A DNA stretch of 53,577 bases, taken from Candidatus Eiseniibacteriota bacterium (lineage in GTDB: Bacteria > ARS69). The stretch spans positions 1 through 53,577 of the forward strand of contig JBQTGV010000014.1 in the NCBI GenBank assembly GCA_052390515.1. The letters run 5' to 3'. The notes beneath the pieces were generated by a model. That model worked only from the letters and a program-made list of their open reading frames with translations, ran no database searches and was not told the origin of the DNA. A program made the translations under genes and the position numbers. This document shows, in pieces, positions 33,085 to 43,744 of the stretch (its first letter is position 1; the number at the start of each line of letters is the position of its first letter).

Positions 33085-34059
33085 GTGGGGGTGCCCCGCC
33101 TCGGTCTGACCGCGGGCGATCCGGCGGGAATCGGGTCGGAGATCGTCGTCAAAGCCCTGAAGAGCGAGGCGAAGCCTACCGCCGCCTACACGGTGTATGC
33201 GGAGCCGGCGCTCTTCGACGCCGAGTGCGACGCCCGCGGTCTCGCCCGGCTGCCGCGCGGCGCTCCAGGCAGCGCTCCGGCCGTGCTCGTTCCGGTGGGG
33301 GGCGGAAGCGTCCCGGCGGACTTCGCTCCGGGCCGGCCGAGCGCCTGGACCGGGCGCACTGCCTTCGAGTCCGTCCAGACGGCCGCGCGGGACGCCCTGG
33401 CCGGTCGCATCGACGCGATGGTCACGGCGCCGCTGGCCAAGAGCGCTTTCGCCATGGCCGGCGTTCCCCACCCGGGGCACACGGAGCTGCTGGCCGAGAT
33501 CGCCGGCGTGCCCTCCGTCGCGATGATGTTCGTCGCGGGCGACCTTCGCGTCACGCTGGTGACCATTCACGTCGCGCTCGCCGAGGTTCCCCGGTTCGTC
33601 ACCGAGGAGCGGGTGCTCGAGACGATCCGGCTGACGCGCGAGGGGCTGATCGCGCGGGCGGGGATCGCCGATCCGTCCATCGCCGTGCTGGGACTGAACC
33701 CCCACGCGAGCGAGGAGGGCCTCTTCGGTGACGAGGAGGCACGCCGCATCGCTCCGGCGGTAGCTGCCGCCGCGCGCCGCGGATGGCGCGTGCAGGGGCC
33801 CTTCCCCGCGGATTCGTTCTTCTTCCGCCAGGCGGGGCGCCACGACGCGGTCCTGGCCATGTACCACGACCAGGGGCTGATCCCCGTGAAGCTGCTATCC
33901 GGGGGGCGCGCCGTGAACGTGACCCTGGGCCTTCCGTTCCTGCGGACCAGCGTCGATCACGGGACCGCGTTCGACATCGCCGGGCGCGGCGTGGCCTCGG
34001 AGGAGAGCCTGCTCGCCGCCTTGACCCTGGCCGCGGATTGGACCGCGAAACGGAGGTAG
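33085..34059 (+). CDS. pdxA: 4-hydroxythreonine-4-phosphate dehydrogenase PdxA
   Basis: GDPAGIG, PGHTE, GLNPHASE, AMYHDQGLIP, RTSVDHGTAFDIAG. Confidence 0.95.
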   Translation: MGVPRLGLTAGDPAGIGSEIVVKALKSEAKPTAAYTVYAEPALFDAECDARGLARLPRGAPGSAPAVLVPVGGGSVPADFAPGRPSAWTGRTAFESVQTAARDALAGRIDAMVTAPLAKSAFAMAGVPHPGHTELLAEIAGVPSVAMMFVAGDLRVTLVTIHVALAEVPRFVTEERVLETIRLTREGLIARAGIADPSIAVLGLNPHASEEGLFGDEEARRIAPAVAAAARRGWRVQGPFPADSFFFRQAGRHDAVLAMYHDQGLIPVKLLSGGRAVNVTLGLPFLRTSVDHGTAFDIAGRGVASEESLLAALTLAADWTAKRR

Positions 34060-34064
34060 AGCCC

Positions 34065-34094
34065 TTGACCGGGCGCCACGCCGGACCCTACGGT
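34065..34094 (+). promoter_or_regulatory. Putative sigma70 promoter for ftsEX-envC
   Basis: TTGACC-18 nt-TACGGT in the intergenic region. Confidence 0.45.
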
Positions 34095-34186
34095 TCCCGA
34101 GGGGGTGGGAAGACGACGGGAAGCTGACGGGGCGCGTGCCGCCCCGGGCCTCATTTCTGGGCGAAACTTGCCGATACGAGGGCGAA

Positions 34187-34926
<740 letters not shown>

Positions 34927-34930
<4 letters not shown>

Positions 34931-35793
34931 GCACGTTCCTGTTCACGCTACGCGAGGGCATGCTGAACGTCCGTCGCGCGCCCCTGATGTCCCTGACCAG
35001 CGTCGCGGTGATGGGGCTCACGCTCTTCGTGATGGGCATCTTCCTGCTGATCACCGTGAACCTGCGCGCCGGCATCGTCGCCGTGCAGAAGCAGGTGGAG
35101 ATCGTCGTCTTCCTGGACGAGGACCTGCGCGACAGCGAGCTGCAGCTGCTCGACCGCTTCCTTCGCGAGCACCCCGGCGTCCGCGACGTGCGCTTCCTCA
35201 CCCGCGACGAGGCGCTGACGCGCTTCCGCCAGGAGCTGGACGAGCGCGAGTACCTCCTCGAGGCGATGGAGACGAACCCGCTTCCGGACACGTTCGAGGT
35301 GGCGCTCTTCGACGACTGGAAGGCGACGGCCCGGCTGGAGGAGCTCGCCCAGGCCGTCGGCGGCATGGCTGGAGTGGAGGAGGTGAAGTACGGCCGCGAG
35401 TGGGTGGACCGGCTCAACCGGGTCATCTTCCTCGTGGTCATCTGCAACCTGGTCCTCGGCGTGATCGTCGCGCTGTCCTCCATGGTGGTCGTGGCCAACA
35501 CGGTCAAGCTCACGCTGATCGCCCGTCGGGAGATGATCGATCTGCTCAAGATGGTGGGCGCGACCGTCGGCGTGATCCGGCGGCCGTTCGTGATCGAGGG
35601 CATCATCAAGGGGACGACCGCCTCGGTGCTCGCCGCGGTGCTGCTCGTCCTGCTGACCGCTCTCCTCGAGCGGCGCGTTCCCGACGTCGTGTCGATCGGT
35701 CCCGGCCTGCTCGCGGCGTTCATCGCGTTCGGCGCGGTCATCGGCGGGTTCGGAAGCCTGCTCTCCCTGCAGGGATTCCTGCGCCGATGGTGA
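34927..35793 (+). CDS. ftsX: Cell division permease-like FtsX
   Basis: LREG..NVRR, NPLP, NTVKLT..ARRE...LKMVGAT...IRRPFVIEG. Confidence 0.92.
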
Positions 35794-37037
35794 GGTGCGG
35801 AGCCTTCGCCCTGCTCGTCGCCCTGGCTCTTCTCCGCCCGGCGGCGGCACAGGAGGCGGCCCTTCCCGCGGAACCCGCGGAACCCGCGCCACCCGTTCCG
35901 CCCGCCCCCGACGTCACCCGACAGATCGAGGAGGAGTCCGCGGAGCTGGACCGTGTCCGCGGCGCACTGGAGAAGGCGCGAGAGAGCGCGAAGACCTTCG
36001 CGGCGAAGGAGACGAAGGTCCTGCAGCAGCTCAACGCGATCGACTCCGACCTGGGGCTCAAGGAGCGGCTGCTGGCCGGGCTCTCGCGCAAGGAGAGCCG
36101 GCTCGAGGCCGACCTGGAGCGCACGCGACTGCATCTCGCGGAAGAGCGGCGCCGGCTCGAGGAGCGGCGCATCGTGCTGCAGCGTAGGCTCCGCAACATC
36201 TACAAGTTCGGAGAGCACCCGGGCCTGCAGGTGCTGCTCGGAGCGTCGTCGGCCGTCGATCTGGTACGGCGCTTCGACTGGCTGCTGCTGGTCGCCGCCC
36301 AGGATCGGATGCTCGCGGAGAAGATCAACGAGTCCCTGGACGTGGTCACGCGGATCGAGACCGATCTCGTCGAGAAGCAGGCGGAGGTGCGGCAGATCCG
36401 CGTCGAGTCCGAGCAGGAGAGAGCGGAGCTGGTGCGCCGAAAGGACGAGCGCGGATCCCTGCTGCAGTCGATCCGCACCGAGCGGAAGAGGCACGACGGC
36501 GTGGTGCGGGAGCTCGAAGAGGCCGAGAAGGATCTGCACCAGCTGCTGGCCGAGCTGCAGGAGAGGGCGAAGCGCGGGCAGTCCTCCGGAGGGGAGCTGC
36601 CGCCGGAAGGAACCGGCTTCGCGCAGAGGAAGGGGCACCTGCCCTGGCCGGTGGAGGGCAAGGTCACCCGCTGGTTCGGAGTGCAGCAGGACAAGCGCTT
36701 CGGGACGTCGACCTTCAACGGAGGGATCGACATCGAGGCGGAGGCCCGCGCGGACGTGATCTCGGTGCACCGCGGCCGGGTCGACTACGTGAACTGGCTG
36801 CCCGGCTACGGCCAGTGCATCATCCTGAACCACGGGAGCGGCTACTTCACGCTCTACGCGCACACCTCCTCGGTGCTGGTGAACGTGGGCGATTCCGTCG
36901 AGCAGGGCGACGTCATCGCCACGGTCGGGGACACCGGCTCCCTGCTGGGCGACATCCTGCACTTCGAGATCCGCAAGGACGCGGAGCCGATCAATCCGGC
37001 CCCCTGGATGCGCTCCACCACTCTCAAGAAGAAGTAG
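35787..37037 (+). CDS. envC: EnvC-like murein hydrolase activator (coiled coil plus degenerate M23/LytM)
   Basis: Signal peptide, long coiled coil, LPWPVEG, GIDI, YAH, LHFEIR. The catalytic His motifs are incomplete. Follows ftsEX. Confidence 0.88.
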   Translation: MVRCGAFALLVALALLRPAAAQEAALPAEPAEPAPPVPPAPDVTRQIEEESAELDRVRGALEKARESAKTFAAKETKVLQQLNAIDSDLGLKERLLAGLSRKESRLEADLERTRLHLAEERRRLEERRIVLQRRLRNIYKFGEHPGLQVLLGASSAVDLVRRFDWLLLVAAQDRMLAEKINESLDVVTRIETDLVEKQAEVRQIRVESEQERAELVRRKDERGSLLQSIRTERKRHDGVVRELEEAEKDLHQLLAELQERAKRGQSSGGELPPEGTGFAQRKGHLPWPVEGKVTRWFGVQQDKRFGTSTFNGGIDIEAEARADVISVHRGRVDYVNWLPGYGQCIILNHGSGYFTLYAHTSSVLVNVGDSVEQGDVIATVGDTGSLLGDILHFEIRKDAEPINPAPWMRSTTLKKK

Positions 37038-37104
37038 CGCCGCCTCCCTTGACGGTGGATGCACGCGCCGACAAACTTCGCTCTCCCGCCACCGCGAGGC
37101 CGAC

Positions 37105-38994
37105 GTGCGCGAGCGTTTCTTCCTGACCACCGCGATCGACTACGTCAATTCCCGACCGCACCTCGGCACGGCGTACGAGAAGATCGCCGCGGACTGCATC
37201 GCGCGGGCGCACCGGTTTCTCGGACGCGACGTGCTCTTCGTCATGGGCAACGACGAGCACAGCATCAACGTGGCCAAAGCCGCCGCGCGCGAGGGCCTGG
37301 ATCCGCTGGCCTACTGCGACCGCATGGAAGCCGAGTTCCGCGAGACCTGGCGCCGGCTGGACATCTCCTTCGACGACTTCATCCGCACCACCGAGCCGCG
37401 GCATCGACGCGCGGTGCAGGAGCTGCTCCGCCGGGTGGAAGCGAACGGCTGGCTCCGCAAGGACCGCTACACGGGCTGGTACTGCGAAGGGTGCGAGGCG
37501 TTCTACACGGAGAAGGACCTGGTCGACGGGAAGTGTCCGAACCACGACACGAAGCCGGTCTGGGTGGAGGAGGAGAACTGGTTCTTCCGGCTCTCGGCTT
37601 TCGAGCGCCCGCTGCTCGAGCACATCCACGCGAACCCCGAGTTCATCCGCCCTGAGACCCGCCGCAACGAGGTCGTCTCGTTTCTGGAGTCCGGGCTGGC
37701 GGACCTGTCCATCTCCCGCGCGGGCTCCACCTGGGGCATCCCCTTCCCCAATGATCACGAGCACGTCGTCTACGTGTGGTTCGACGCGCTGATCAACTAC
37801 ATCTCGGCGGCCGGGTTCGCGGCCGACGACGAGAAATTCGCGAAGTGGTGGCCGGCCGACTGCCACGTCGTGGGGAAGGATATCACGCGCTTCCACTGCG
37901 TCATCTGGCCGGCGATGCTGATGGCCGCGGGGCTGGAGCTCCCGAAGTCGGTGTTCGGGCACGGGTTCGTGTACCAGTCGGGCCGCAAGATGTCCAAGTC
38001 GCTGGGCAACATCGTGAATCCGCTCGACGTGGTGGCGGTCACCGGAGCGGACGCGCTGCGCTACTTTCTGCTGCGCGAGATCACGTTCGGGAAGGACGGC
38101 GACTTCACCTGGGACGCGTTCATCCAGCGCTACAACGCGGACTTGGCCAACGACCTCGGCAACCTCGTGCAACGCTCCACCGACATGGTGGCGAAGTTCC
38201 TGGAGGGCGAGGTCGCGGCCGGCACGGACCGCGGCGTCGATCGCACCGGGCTCGGCGGAGCGGCGAGGGAAACGGTGTCCGCGGCGCTGCGCGCCTATGA
38301 GCGCTTCGACCTGTCCGAGGCGCTGACGGTCGTCTGGGGGCTCGTTCGCCGCGCGAACCAGGCCGTGCAGGAGGCGAGGCCGTGGGAGATCGCCCGGGAG
38401 CCGCAGCGCCGCGACGAGCTCTCCGGAGTGCTCTCGGAGATCCTGGAGGCCGTGCGGATCGTGGCCGTGCTCGCCGAGCCGGCCCTGCCCGGCAAGGCAG
38501 CGGCCATCCGCGAGCGCCTCGGCCTCCCGGCGCGCGACCCCGCGCCCTGGTCGGCGTCCACCGTCTGGCGGGAGAGGCCCGGCTGGCGCATCGGGCGCGG
38601 CGAGGCGATCTTCCCGAGGCTCGCACCCCTGAAGGAGGAAGCAAACGTGAGCGAGGCCGCGGCACCCGGCAGGACCATCCCGATCGACGCGTTCCGCGAC
38701 GTGGAGCTCGTCGTCGCCACGATCAGGAGCGCGGCGCGCGTCGACGGCGCCGACCGGCTGCTGCGCGTCACCCTGGACGTCGGCGGCAACGAGAGGGAGG
38801 TGGTGGCCGGGATCGCCGAGCACTTCCGGCCGGAGGAGCTCGCCGGCCGCCAGGTCGTGCTCGTCGCCAACCTCGAGCCGGCGAAGATCCGCGGCATCGA
38901 GTCGCGGGGGATGATCCTCGCCGCCAAGTCCGGGAACAGGCTCGTGCTGCTCGGCCCGCAGGGTGAGATCGAGTCGGGCGCGAAGATCTCGTGA
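37105..38994 (+). CDS. metG: Methionine--tRNA ligase with C-terminal OB-fold tRNA-binding domain
   Basis: PHLGTAY, CxxC...CxxH knuckle, YVWFDAL, KMSKS; C-terminal ANLEPAKIRGIESRGMIL. Confidence 0.96.
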   Translation: MRERFFLTTAIDYVNSRPHLGTAYEKIAADCIARAHRFLGRDVLFVMGNDEHSINVAKAAAREGLDPLAYCDRMEAEFRETWRRLDISFDDFIRTTEPRHRRAVQELLRRVEANGWLRKDRYTGWYCEGCEAFYTEKDLVDGKCPNHDTKPVWVEEENWFFRLSAFERPLLEHIHANPEFIRPETRRNEVVSFLESGLADLSISRAGSTWGIPFPNDHEHVVYVWFDALINYISAAGFAADDEKFAKWWPADCHVVGKDITRFHCVIWPAMLMAAGLELPKSVFGHGFVYQSGRKMSKSLGNIVNPLDVVAVTGADALRYFLLREITFGKDGDFTWDAFIQRYNADLANDLGNLVQRSTDMVAKFLEGEVAAGTDRGVDRTGLGGAARETVSAALRAYERFDLSEALTVVWGLVRRANQAVQEARPWEIAREPQRRDELSGVLSEILEAVRIVAVLAEPALPGKAAAIRERLGLPARDPAPWSASTVWRERPGWRIGRGEAIFPRLAPLKEEANVSEAAAPGRTIPIDAFRDVELVVATIRSAARVDGADRLLRVTLDVGGNEREVVAGIAEHFRPEELAGRQVVLVANLEPAKIRGIESRGMILAAKSGNRLVLLGPQGEIESGAKIS

Positions 38995-39752
38995 TCGATT
39001 CGCACTGCCACCTGAACGCGGACGACTACCGCGACGATCTGGACGAGGTGGTCGCGCGCGCGCGGGACGCCGGCGTGCACGGGATCCTTGTCCCCGGAAT
39101 CGGCCTGCCCTCGTGCGAGCGTGCGCTGGAGATCGCCGCACGGCACCCTCTGGTCCGTGTCGCCGTGGGCATCCACCCGCACGAGGCCCTGGCCTGGGGT
39201 GACGAGGCGGAGCGGCGTCTGCGCGGCTGGGCGGCGCTGCCCGAGGTGGTGGCCGTCGGCGAGATCGGCCTCGACTTCTACCGGGACTGGTCGCCGTTCG
39301 ACGCGCAGCGGCGCGCGTTCGACGCGCAGCTCACCCTGGCGCGGGAGCTGGACCTGCCCGTCGTGGTGCACGACCGTGACGCGCACGATGAGGTGCTCGG
39401 CGGGCTCGCCCGGCACGCCGGGACTCGCGGGGTGATGCACTGCTTCTCCGGAGGTCCGGCGGACGCCGAGCGCGCGCTCGAGCTGGGAATGCACATCTCC
39501 TTCACCGGCTCGCTCACGTACGGGAAGGGGAAGGCCGACCGCGTCCTGGCCCGCGTGCCGCTGGAGCGGCTGCTGCTCGAGACCGATGCACCTTACATGA
39601 CACCGGTTCCTCACCGCGGAAAGCGCAATGAGCCGGCGTTCGTCGCGCAGGTGGCGGACGCGCTGGCGCAGAAGCTCGGCCGCGACGTCGCCTCGGTGTG
39701 CGCGGCGACGAGCCGGGCCGCCGCGGGCCTCTTCGGCTTCCCCGAGGAGTGA
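38991..39752 (+). CDS. tatD: TatD family hydrolase/DNase
   Basis: DSHCHL, GIHPH, GEIGLD, HDRDAH, HCFSG, ETDAPY, RGKRNEP. Confidence 0.93.
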   Translation: MIDSHCHLNADDYRDDLDEVVARARDAGVHGILVPGIGLPSCERALEIAARHPLVRVAVGIHPHEALAWGDEAERRLRGWAALPEVVAVGEIGLDFYRDWSPFDAQRRAFDAQLTLARELDLPVVVHDRDAHDEVLGGLARHAGTRGVMHCFSGGPADAERALELGMHISFTGSLTYGKGKADRVLARVPLERLLLETDAPYMTPVPHRGKRNEPAFVAQVADALAQKLGRDVASVCAATSRAAAGLFGFPEE

Positions 39753-39884
39753 TGGGTCACTCGGAAGACCGGGGGTCCTGTGCGACGTCGAGGGCACCGT
39801 CCTTCGGGGCGCAACGTCGCTGCGGAACTCGCGCGGGCCAGGCCCTCGACGTCGCACGGCGGCGCGCAGGCCCCAGGTGACCCA
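39753..39884. other. 132-nt nested inverted-repeat structured element (ncRNA or miniature repeat, unassigned)
   Basis: TGGGTCAC/GTGACCCA outer stem, GGGGTCCTG/CAGGCCCC middle stem, perfect 16-bp inner stem 39780-39795/39842-39857, internal C(TTCG)G hairpin. Confidence 0.6.
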
Positions 39885-39924
39885 CACCCCCTCCGAGGAG
39901 CCGGGGCCGCCCGTCTCCGGCGCA

Positions 39925-39933
39925 TGCTAGAAT
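39925..39933 (+). promoter_or_regulatory. Putative extended -10 promoter for the rsmA operon
   Basis: TG-C-TAGAAT. Confidence 0.45.
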
Positions 39934-39971
39934 CGGCCCCCGAAGCCCTTCCCCGCCCGCGAGGTCGCCTC

Positions 39972-40802
39972 ATCATCGCCGCCGCGAAGGTCCCCGTTCG
40001 CCAGGTGCTCGACCGGTACGGAATCGTCCCGCGGAAGCGTTTCGGGCAGAACTTCCTGCACGATCCGGCCGTAGCGGCGCGCATCGTGGCGGCCGCCGAG
40101 GTCCGCCCGGGCGAGCGGATCCTGGAGATCGGCCCTGGCCTCGGCGCTCTGACCATCCCGCTGCTCGACTCCGGCGCGCGCGTGACCGCGGTGGAAGTCG
40201 ATCCGCGGATCGCCGGATTCCTCCGCGACGAGCTCGGCGCCCGCGCTGGATTCACGCTACGGCAAGGCGACGTCCTGGACGAGGACTTCGCGCGGCTCTC
40301 CCGGGAGCACGACGCGCTCGTCGCCAACCTGCCCTACGCGATCACCGGCCCGCTGCTCGCGAGGCTGCTGGATGCACCTCCGTTCCTCGGGCGCGTCGTC
40401 GTCATGGTGCAGAAGGAAGTTGCGGCACGGCTGACCGCGGCGGCCGGCGGCCGCGAGATCGGCGCGCCCTCCGTGCTGCTCCGCCTCCTGTACCGCGTCG
40501 AGCGGCTGTTCGACGTGGGCCGAGGCGCGTTCCTCCCGCGGCCGGACGTCGCCTCGAGCGTGCTGCGCCTGACCCCCGCCGCGGCCACGGGCGTCGAGCC
40601 CGCCCTCCGCGAAGCGGTCAACCGCGCCTACCGGAACCGCCGGAAGATGCTGCGCAAGACGCTCGCGGGACTCGTCGCGTCCGAAGGGGCGATCGGGCGG
40701 GCGCTCGGGACGCTCGGGCACCCGGAGGCGGCGCGGCCGGAGGATCTGGAGCCGGACGCGTGGCCGGAGCTCCTGCGTCGGGCGGCGGAGACGGAAAGGT
40801 GA
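39972..40802 (+). CDS. rsmA: 16S rRNA m6,2A1518/1519 dimethyltransferase RsmA/KsgA
   Basis: RKRFGQNFL, LEIGPGLGALT, ANLPYAIT, MVQKEVA.R, F.P.P.V.S, RRKMLR. Start uncertain (ATG 39924, ATC 39972 or GTG 40005). Confidence 0.93.
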   Translation: MIAAAKVPVRQVLDRYGIVPRKRFGQNFLHDPAVAARIVAAAEVRPGERILEIGPGLGALTIPLLDSGARVTAVEVDPRIAGFLRDELGARAGFTLRQGDVLDEDFARLSREHDALVANLPYAITGPLLARLLDAPPFLGRVVVMVQKEVAARLTAAAGGREIGAPSVLLRLLYRVERLFDVGRGAFLPRPDVASSVLRLTPAAATGVEPALREAVNRAYRNRRKMLRKTLAGLVASEGAIGRALGTLGHPEAARPEDLEPDAWPELLRRAAETER

Positions 40803-43048
40803 GCCGCGCCGTCCGCATGCTGCTCGCGCTCGCAGCGGTCGTCTTCGGGCCGGAAGCGGCGGTCTCCGAGGAAGCCGGGACGGCGGGCTCGGCCGGTGCG
40901 GCCGCCGACAGCGCGGTCGTCGCGCGGACGCTCGTGAGCACCGACGGCGCGATAGCGGCGTTCGAGGAGGCCGTCCCCGGCGAGGGCATCAAGGGATTCT
41001 GGTGGGAGTACGACGCCGCCGCGGATCTCGCGCGGCTGCTGGACGAGAATCGCCGCGAGGAGCGGCTGGAACCCATCGTCGATCCGTTCGGGTTCGAGCT
41101 GGCCATCCCGGACACGATCCTCGCGCTGCGCGACTCGGTCTCCGCCGTGGCGGACTCGATCCTCGCCGAACGCATCGACATCGCCGTGTCCTTCGATCCG
41201 AAGTTCACGTCGACGTACGACGAGAGGAAGGATCAGTACGTCCTCAAGAACGAGTTCACGACGAGCTACCCCGTGGTGACGAACGGGACGCTCACGGTCG
41301 ACTTCGGGAACTCGAACGAATACAACGAGTCGACCGGCAAGGTGAAGGACGGGCGCCGCGTCTCCTCGACGTTCACCTACCTCTTCCAGGAGCATCTCGC
41401 CTCGACGTTCTCGGTGAACTGGAACGAGGACCGGCAGGAGCGGGAGCGGGTGGTCGACGCGGACACCGACGGCCTGACCGTGTCCGGCCAGCTGCGGGAG
41501 ACGCGCGCGGTGGGCTTGCTCGGGGACATGGAAGCGGGCGCGGGCCTTTCCGTGAACCGGCAGCGCTACACCACGTCCACCACCGACGGCGAGAGTGGAA
41601 ACCTCACTCCGGACTGGAGGCTGAAGCTCACGCGCGCCTACACCGGCGGCACCGCCACGATGGACTACACCGGCAGCGGAGGCGTCTCGAGCCGCGAGGA
41701 GCGCCGGACGCTCCCGACCGGCGTGGCCGGCGTGGACTCCACGATCGTGGACGAGTCCGACGACACGAACATCAACAACACGGTGAACCTGGGCGGGAAT
41801 TACAAGTTCGAGGACGGCACCGAGCTGCGCCTGCAGAGCTCCTACAACCGCGAGCAGGTTCAGTATCTCTCCCAGGCCGATTCCCTGCGCGGGCAGCAGG
41901 AGTCACGCGTCCGCGACTCGAGGACCGGGACGCTTTCCCTCACCACGAAGCCGGTCGAGGGCCTGGAGGTCCGCGCCAACGCGGACTACAGCCTCAACGA
42001 CAACGACTACCGCCTGACCAAGACGCTCTCCAGCAACACCTCGGCCAAGTCGGCCGACACGGACATCTCCTATGAGCCGTGGGAGGGTGGGCGGTGGACC
42101 TTCAAGATGGAGCGGTCCGCCGAGCGCCGTGACTACCAGACGCCGACCTCCGGCGACGTGTCCAAACAGCAGGGCTCGGTCGACTTCAAACAGAAGATCA
42201 CCACGAACGTCGACTTCGACGCGGCGTACTTCGTCAGCCTCGACCGTTTCGAATTCGACGATCCCCTCGCCAACGTCGATCGGGACGTGAGGACGCAGCG
42301 CGGCACGTTCACCGTGCGCTACAACCCGGCCAAGGCGGTGACGTCGGCGATCACCATGCAGGTGCGCAAGACCGAGTTCGTCAACATCCACCCGGTCCAG
42401 GCCGCTAACAACAATACCGATCACGGATACACGATCAATCCGATGTACACGTGGAGGCTCGGCGCGGCCAGCCTCTCCGGGGACGTGAGCGTCGACGCGC
42501 GCTACAAGGTGCAGGACTTCCAGGACGATGCGAACACGCTGGTCCGGCGGCTCACCGCGCGACAGAAGTGGCAGCAGGCGCTCTCGAGCCGGCTCTCCAC
42601 GGAGGTCCAGTACCGCTGGGAGTTCAGCGACCAGGGCAGCTACAACCGCAGCGAGCTGGACGGGCGCCGGCGCTACGGGCGGTCCCGCGAGATCATCCGT
42701 TCCACGGTAGAGGCGAAGCTGCGTTACGACGTGGGGAAGGGGTTCGGCGTCCGCGTCGAGTACCGGACCGACGAGGACGATTCGTACAGCGTTTCGGGTG
42801 ACGACCGGGAGCTGCAGACCGAGCTCCCGCGGCGACAGCTGCTCTACGCCGCGGACTATCGCAGGGATCTGCTCCGCCACGTGCACGTCGACGTGAACTT
42901 CTCGCAGACGTTGAAGAACGGAGAGGGCGTGACCGACGTCGAGCGGAACTACTACACGATCATCGCGTCGATCGTGTACCAGCCGTTCCAGAAGGAGGAC
43001 CCGGACAAGGACAAGAAGGGCAAGAAGACGGAGGGCGAGGGATCGTGA
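40799..43048 (+). CDS. Large hypothetical outer-membrane beta-barrel protein
   Basis: Signal peptide; about 600 aa of alternating Tyr/Phe/Thr/Ser/Asp amphipathic strands; last strand IIASIVYQPF followed by a charged tail. Confidence 0.65.
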   Translation: MSRAVRMLLALAAVVFGPEAAVSEEAGTAGSAGAAADSAVVARTLVSTDGAIAAFEEAVPGEGIKGFWWEYDAAADLARLLDENRREERLEPIVDPFGFELAIPDTILALRDSVSAVADSILAERIDIAVSFDPKFTSTYDERKDQYVLKNEFTTSYPVVTNGTLTVDFGNSNEYNESTGKVKDGRRVSSTFTYLFQEHLASTFSVNWNEDRQERERVVDADTDGLTVSGQLRETRAVGLLGDMEAGAGLSVNRQRYTTSTTDGESGNLTPDWRLKLTRAYTGGTATMDYTGSGGVSSREERRTLPTGVAGVDSTIVDESDDTNINNTVNLGGNYKFEDGTELRLQSSYNREQVQYLSQADSLRGQQESRVRDSRTGTLSLTTKPVEGLEVRANADYSLNDNDYRLTKTLSSNTSAKSADTDISYEPWEGGRWTFKMERSAERRDYQTPTSGDVSKQQGSVDFKQKITTNVDFDAAYFVSLDRFEFDDPLANVDRDVRTQRGTFTVRYNPAKAVTSAITMQVRKTEFVNIHPVQAANNNTDHGYTINPMYTWRLGAASLSGDVSVDARYKVQDFQDDANTLVRRLTARQKWQQALSSRLSTEVQYRWEFSDQGSYNRSELDGRRRYGRSREIIRSTVEAKLRYDVGKGFGVRVEYRTDEDDSYSVSGDDRELQTELPRRQLLYAADYRRDLLRHVHVDVNFSQTLKNGEGVTDVERNYYTIIASIVYQPFQKEDPDKDKKGKKTEGEGS

Positions 43049-43719
43049 GGTCGCGGGTGCCTTTCGCGCGGGGCCTGTTCCTCGCCGGCTTGACGGTTCT
43101 TGGCGCGCTCGGCGGTGCGGGCTGCGACCTCTTCGCCACGCGCGAGCCACCGCCGGTCGAAGAGGGCACCGAGGGAATCTGGCAGACGCCGACCACGCCG
43201 CGCATCGTCGTGGAGAATCTGGAGCGGGCGCTGGAGGCGCCGAGCTTCGGGGACTACCAGCGTGCGCTCACCGAGGACTTCGTGTTCCGGCCGGACGATG
43301 CCGACGTGGTGCGGATCGGGTTGGAGCGGCCGGGCGAGACGCCCTACGAGAACTGGGACCGCGAGGTGGAGCGGCAGACCGCGGAGGCGATCAGTCAGTC
43401 GGCGGACAGCGTCGCCCTCACGCTCGAGCTCTTCGAGGAGACCCCGATCGCGGCGGCGCGGCTCATCAAGTACCGGTACGACCTGACCCTGTTCAGCGCC
43501 GGGACAGGCACGACGTTCGAGGGCGAGGCCTGGTTCCAGATCCGCCAGGAGCCCAACGGCGACTGGCTCATCTTCGACTGGGAGGACGTGGCGAGCTCCA
43601 ATACGCAGTCCTGGGGCCTTCTGAAGGGGCGGAGCCGGCCCACGTCCCCCGGGGGCGGCTCCCTCGGGCCGGAGTCACTCCCGGGTCCGGCGGCGCCGAT
43701 GACAGAGGCGGATCGTTGA
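43045..43719 (+). CDS. Hypothetical lipoprotein, probable NTF2-like fold
   Basis: Lipobox GAGC; PTTP..VVENL...Y...LTEDFVF...WDRE.E...WLIFDWED. Confidence 0.7.
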   Translation: MRSRVPFARGLFLAGLTVLGALGGAGCDLFATREPPPVEEGTEGIWQTPTTPRIVVENLERALEAPSFGDYQRALTEDFVFRPDDADVVRIGLERPGETPYENWDREVERQTAEAISQSADSVALTLELFEETPIAAARLIKYRYDLTLFSAGTGTTFEGEAWFQIRQEPNGDWLIFDWEDVASSNTQSWGLLKGRSRPTSPGGGSLGPESLPGPAAPMTEADR

Positions 43720-43744
43720 CACCGGTTCCGCCGGCCCCTACAAT
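43716..43744 (+). promoter_or_regulatory. Near-consensus sigma70 promoter
   Basis: TTGACA-17 nt-TACAAT; the -35 overlaps the upstream TGA stop. Confidence 0.75.

Noticed and set aside
34151-34177. Sigma28-like TCAT-N15-GCCGATAC before ftsE (and TCAAG…CCGAT before the GYF gene at about 614-639, minus strand)
   Set aside because: Weak -35 or spacing, too close to the start codon for ftsE, and no evidence in the window for a sigma28 regulon.
36700-37000. Missing catalytic histidines in the M23 domain
   Set aside because: Normal for EnvC-type activators; not novel.
39753-39884. SRP RNA, 6S RNA or group II intron identity for the hairpin element
   Set aside because: No CAGG…GGAA…AGCAG SRP helix-8 motif and no recognisable 6S central bubble. 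GTGCG here is part of an inverted repeat, with no domain V or RT nearby.
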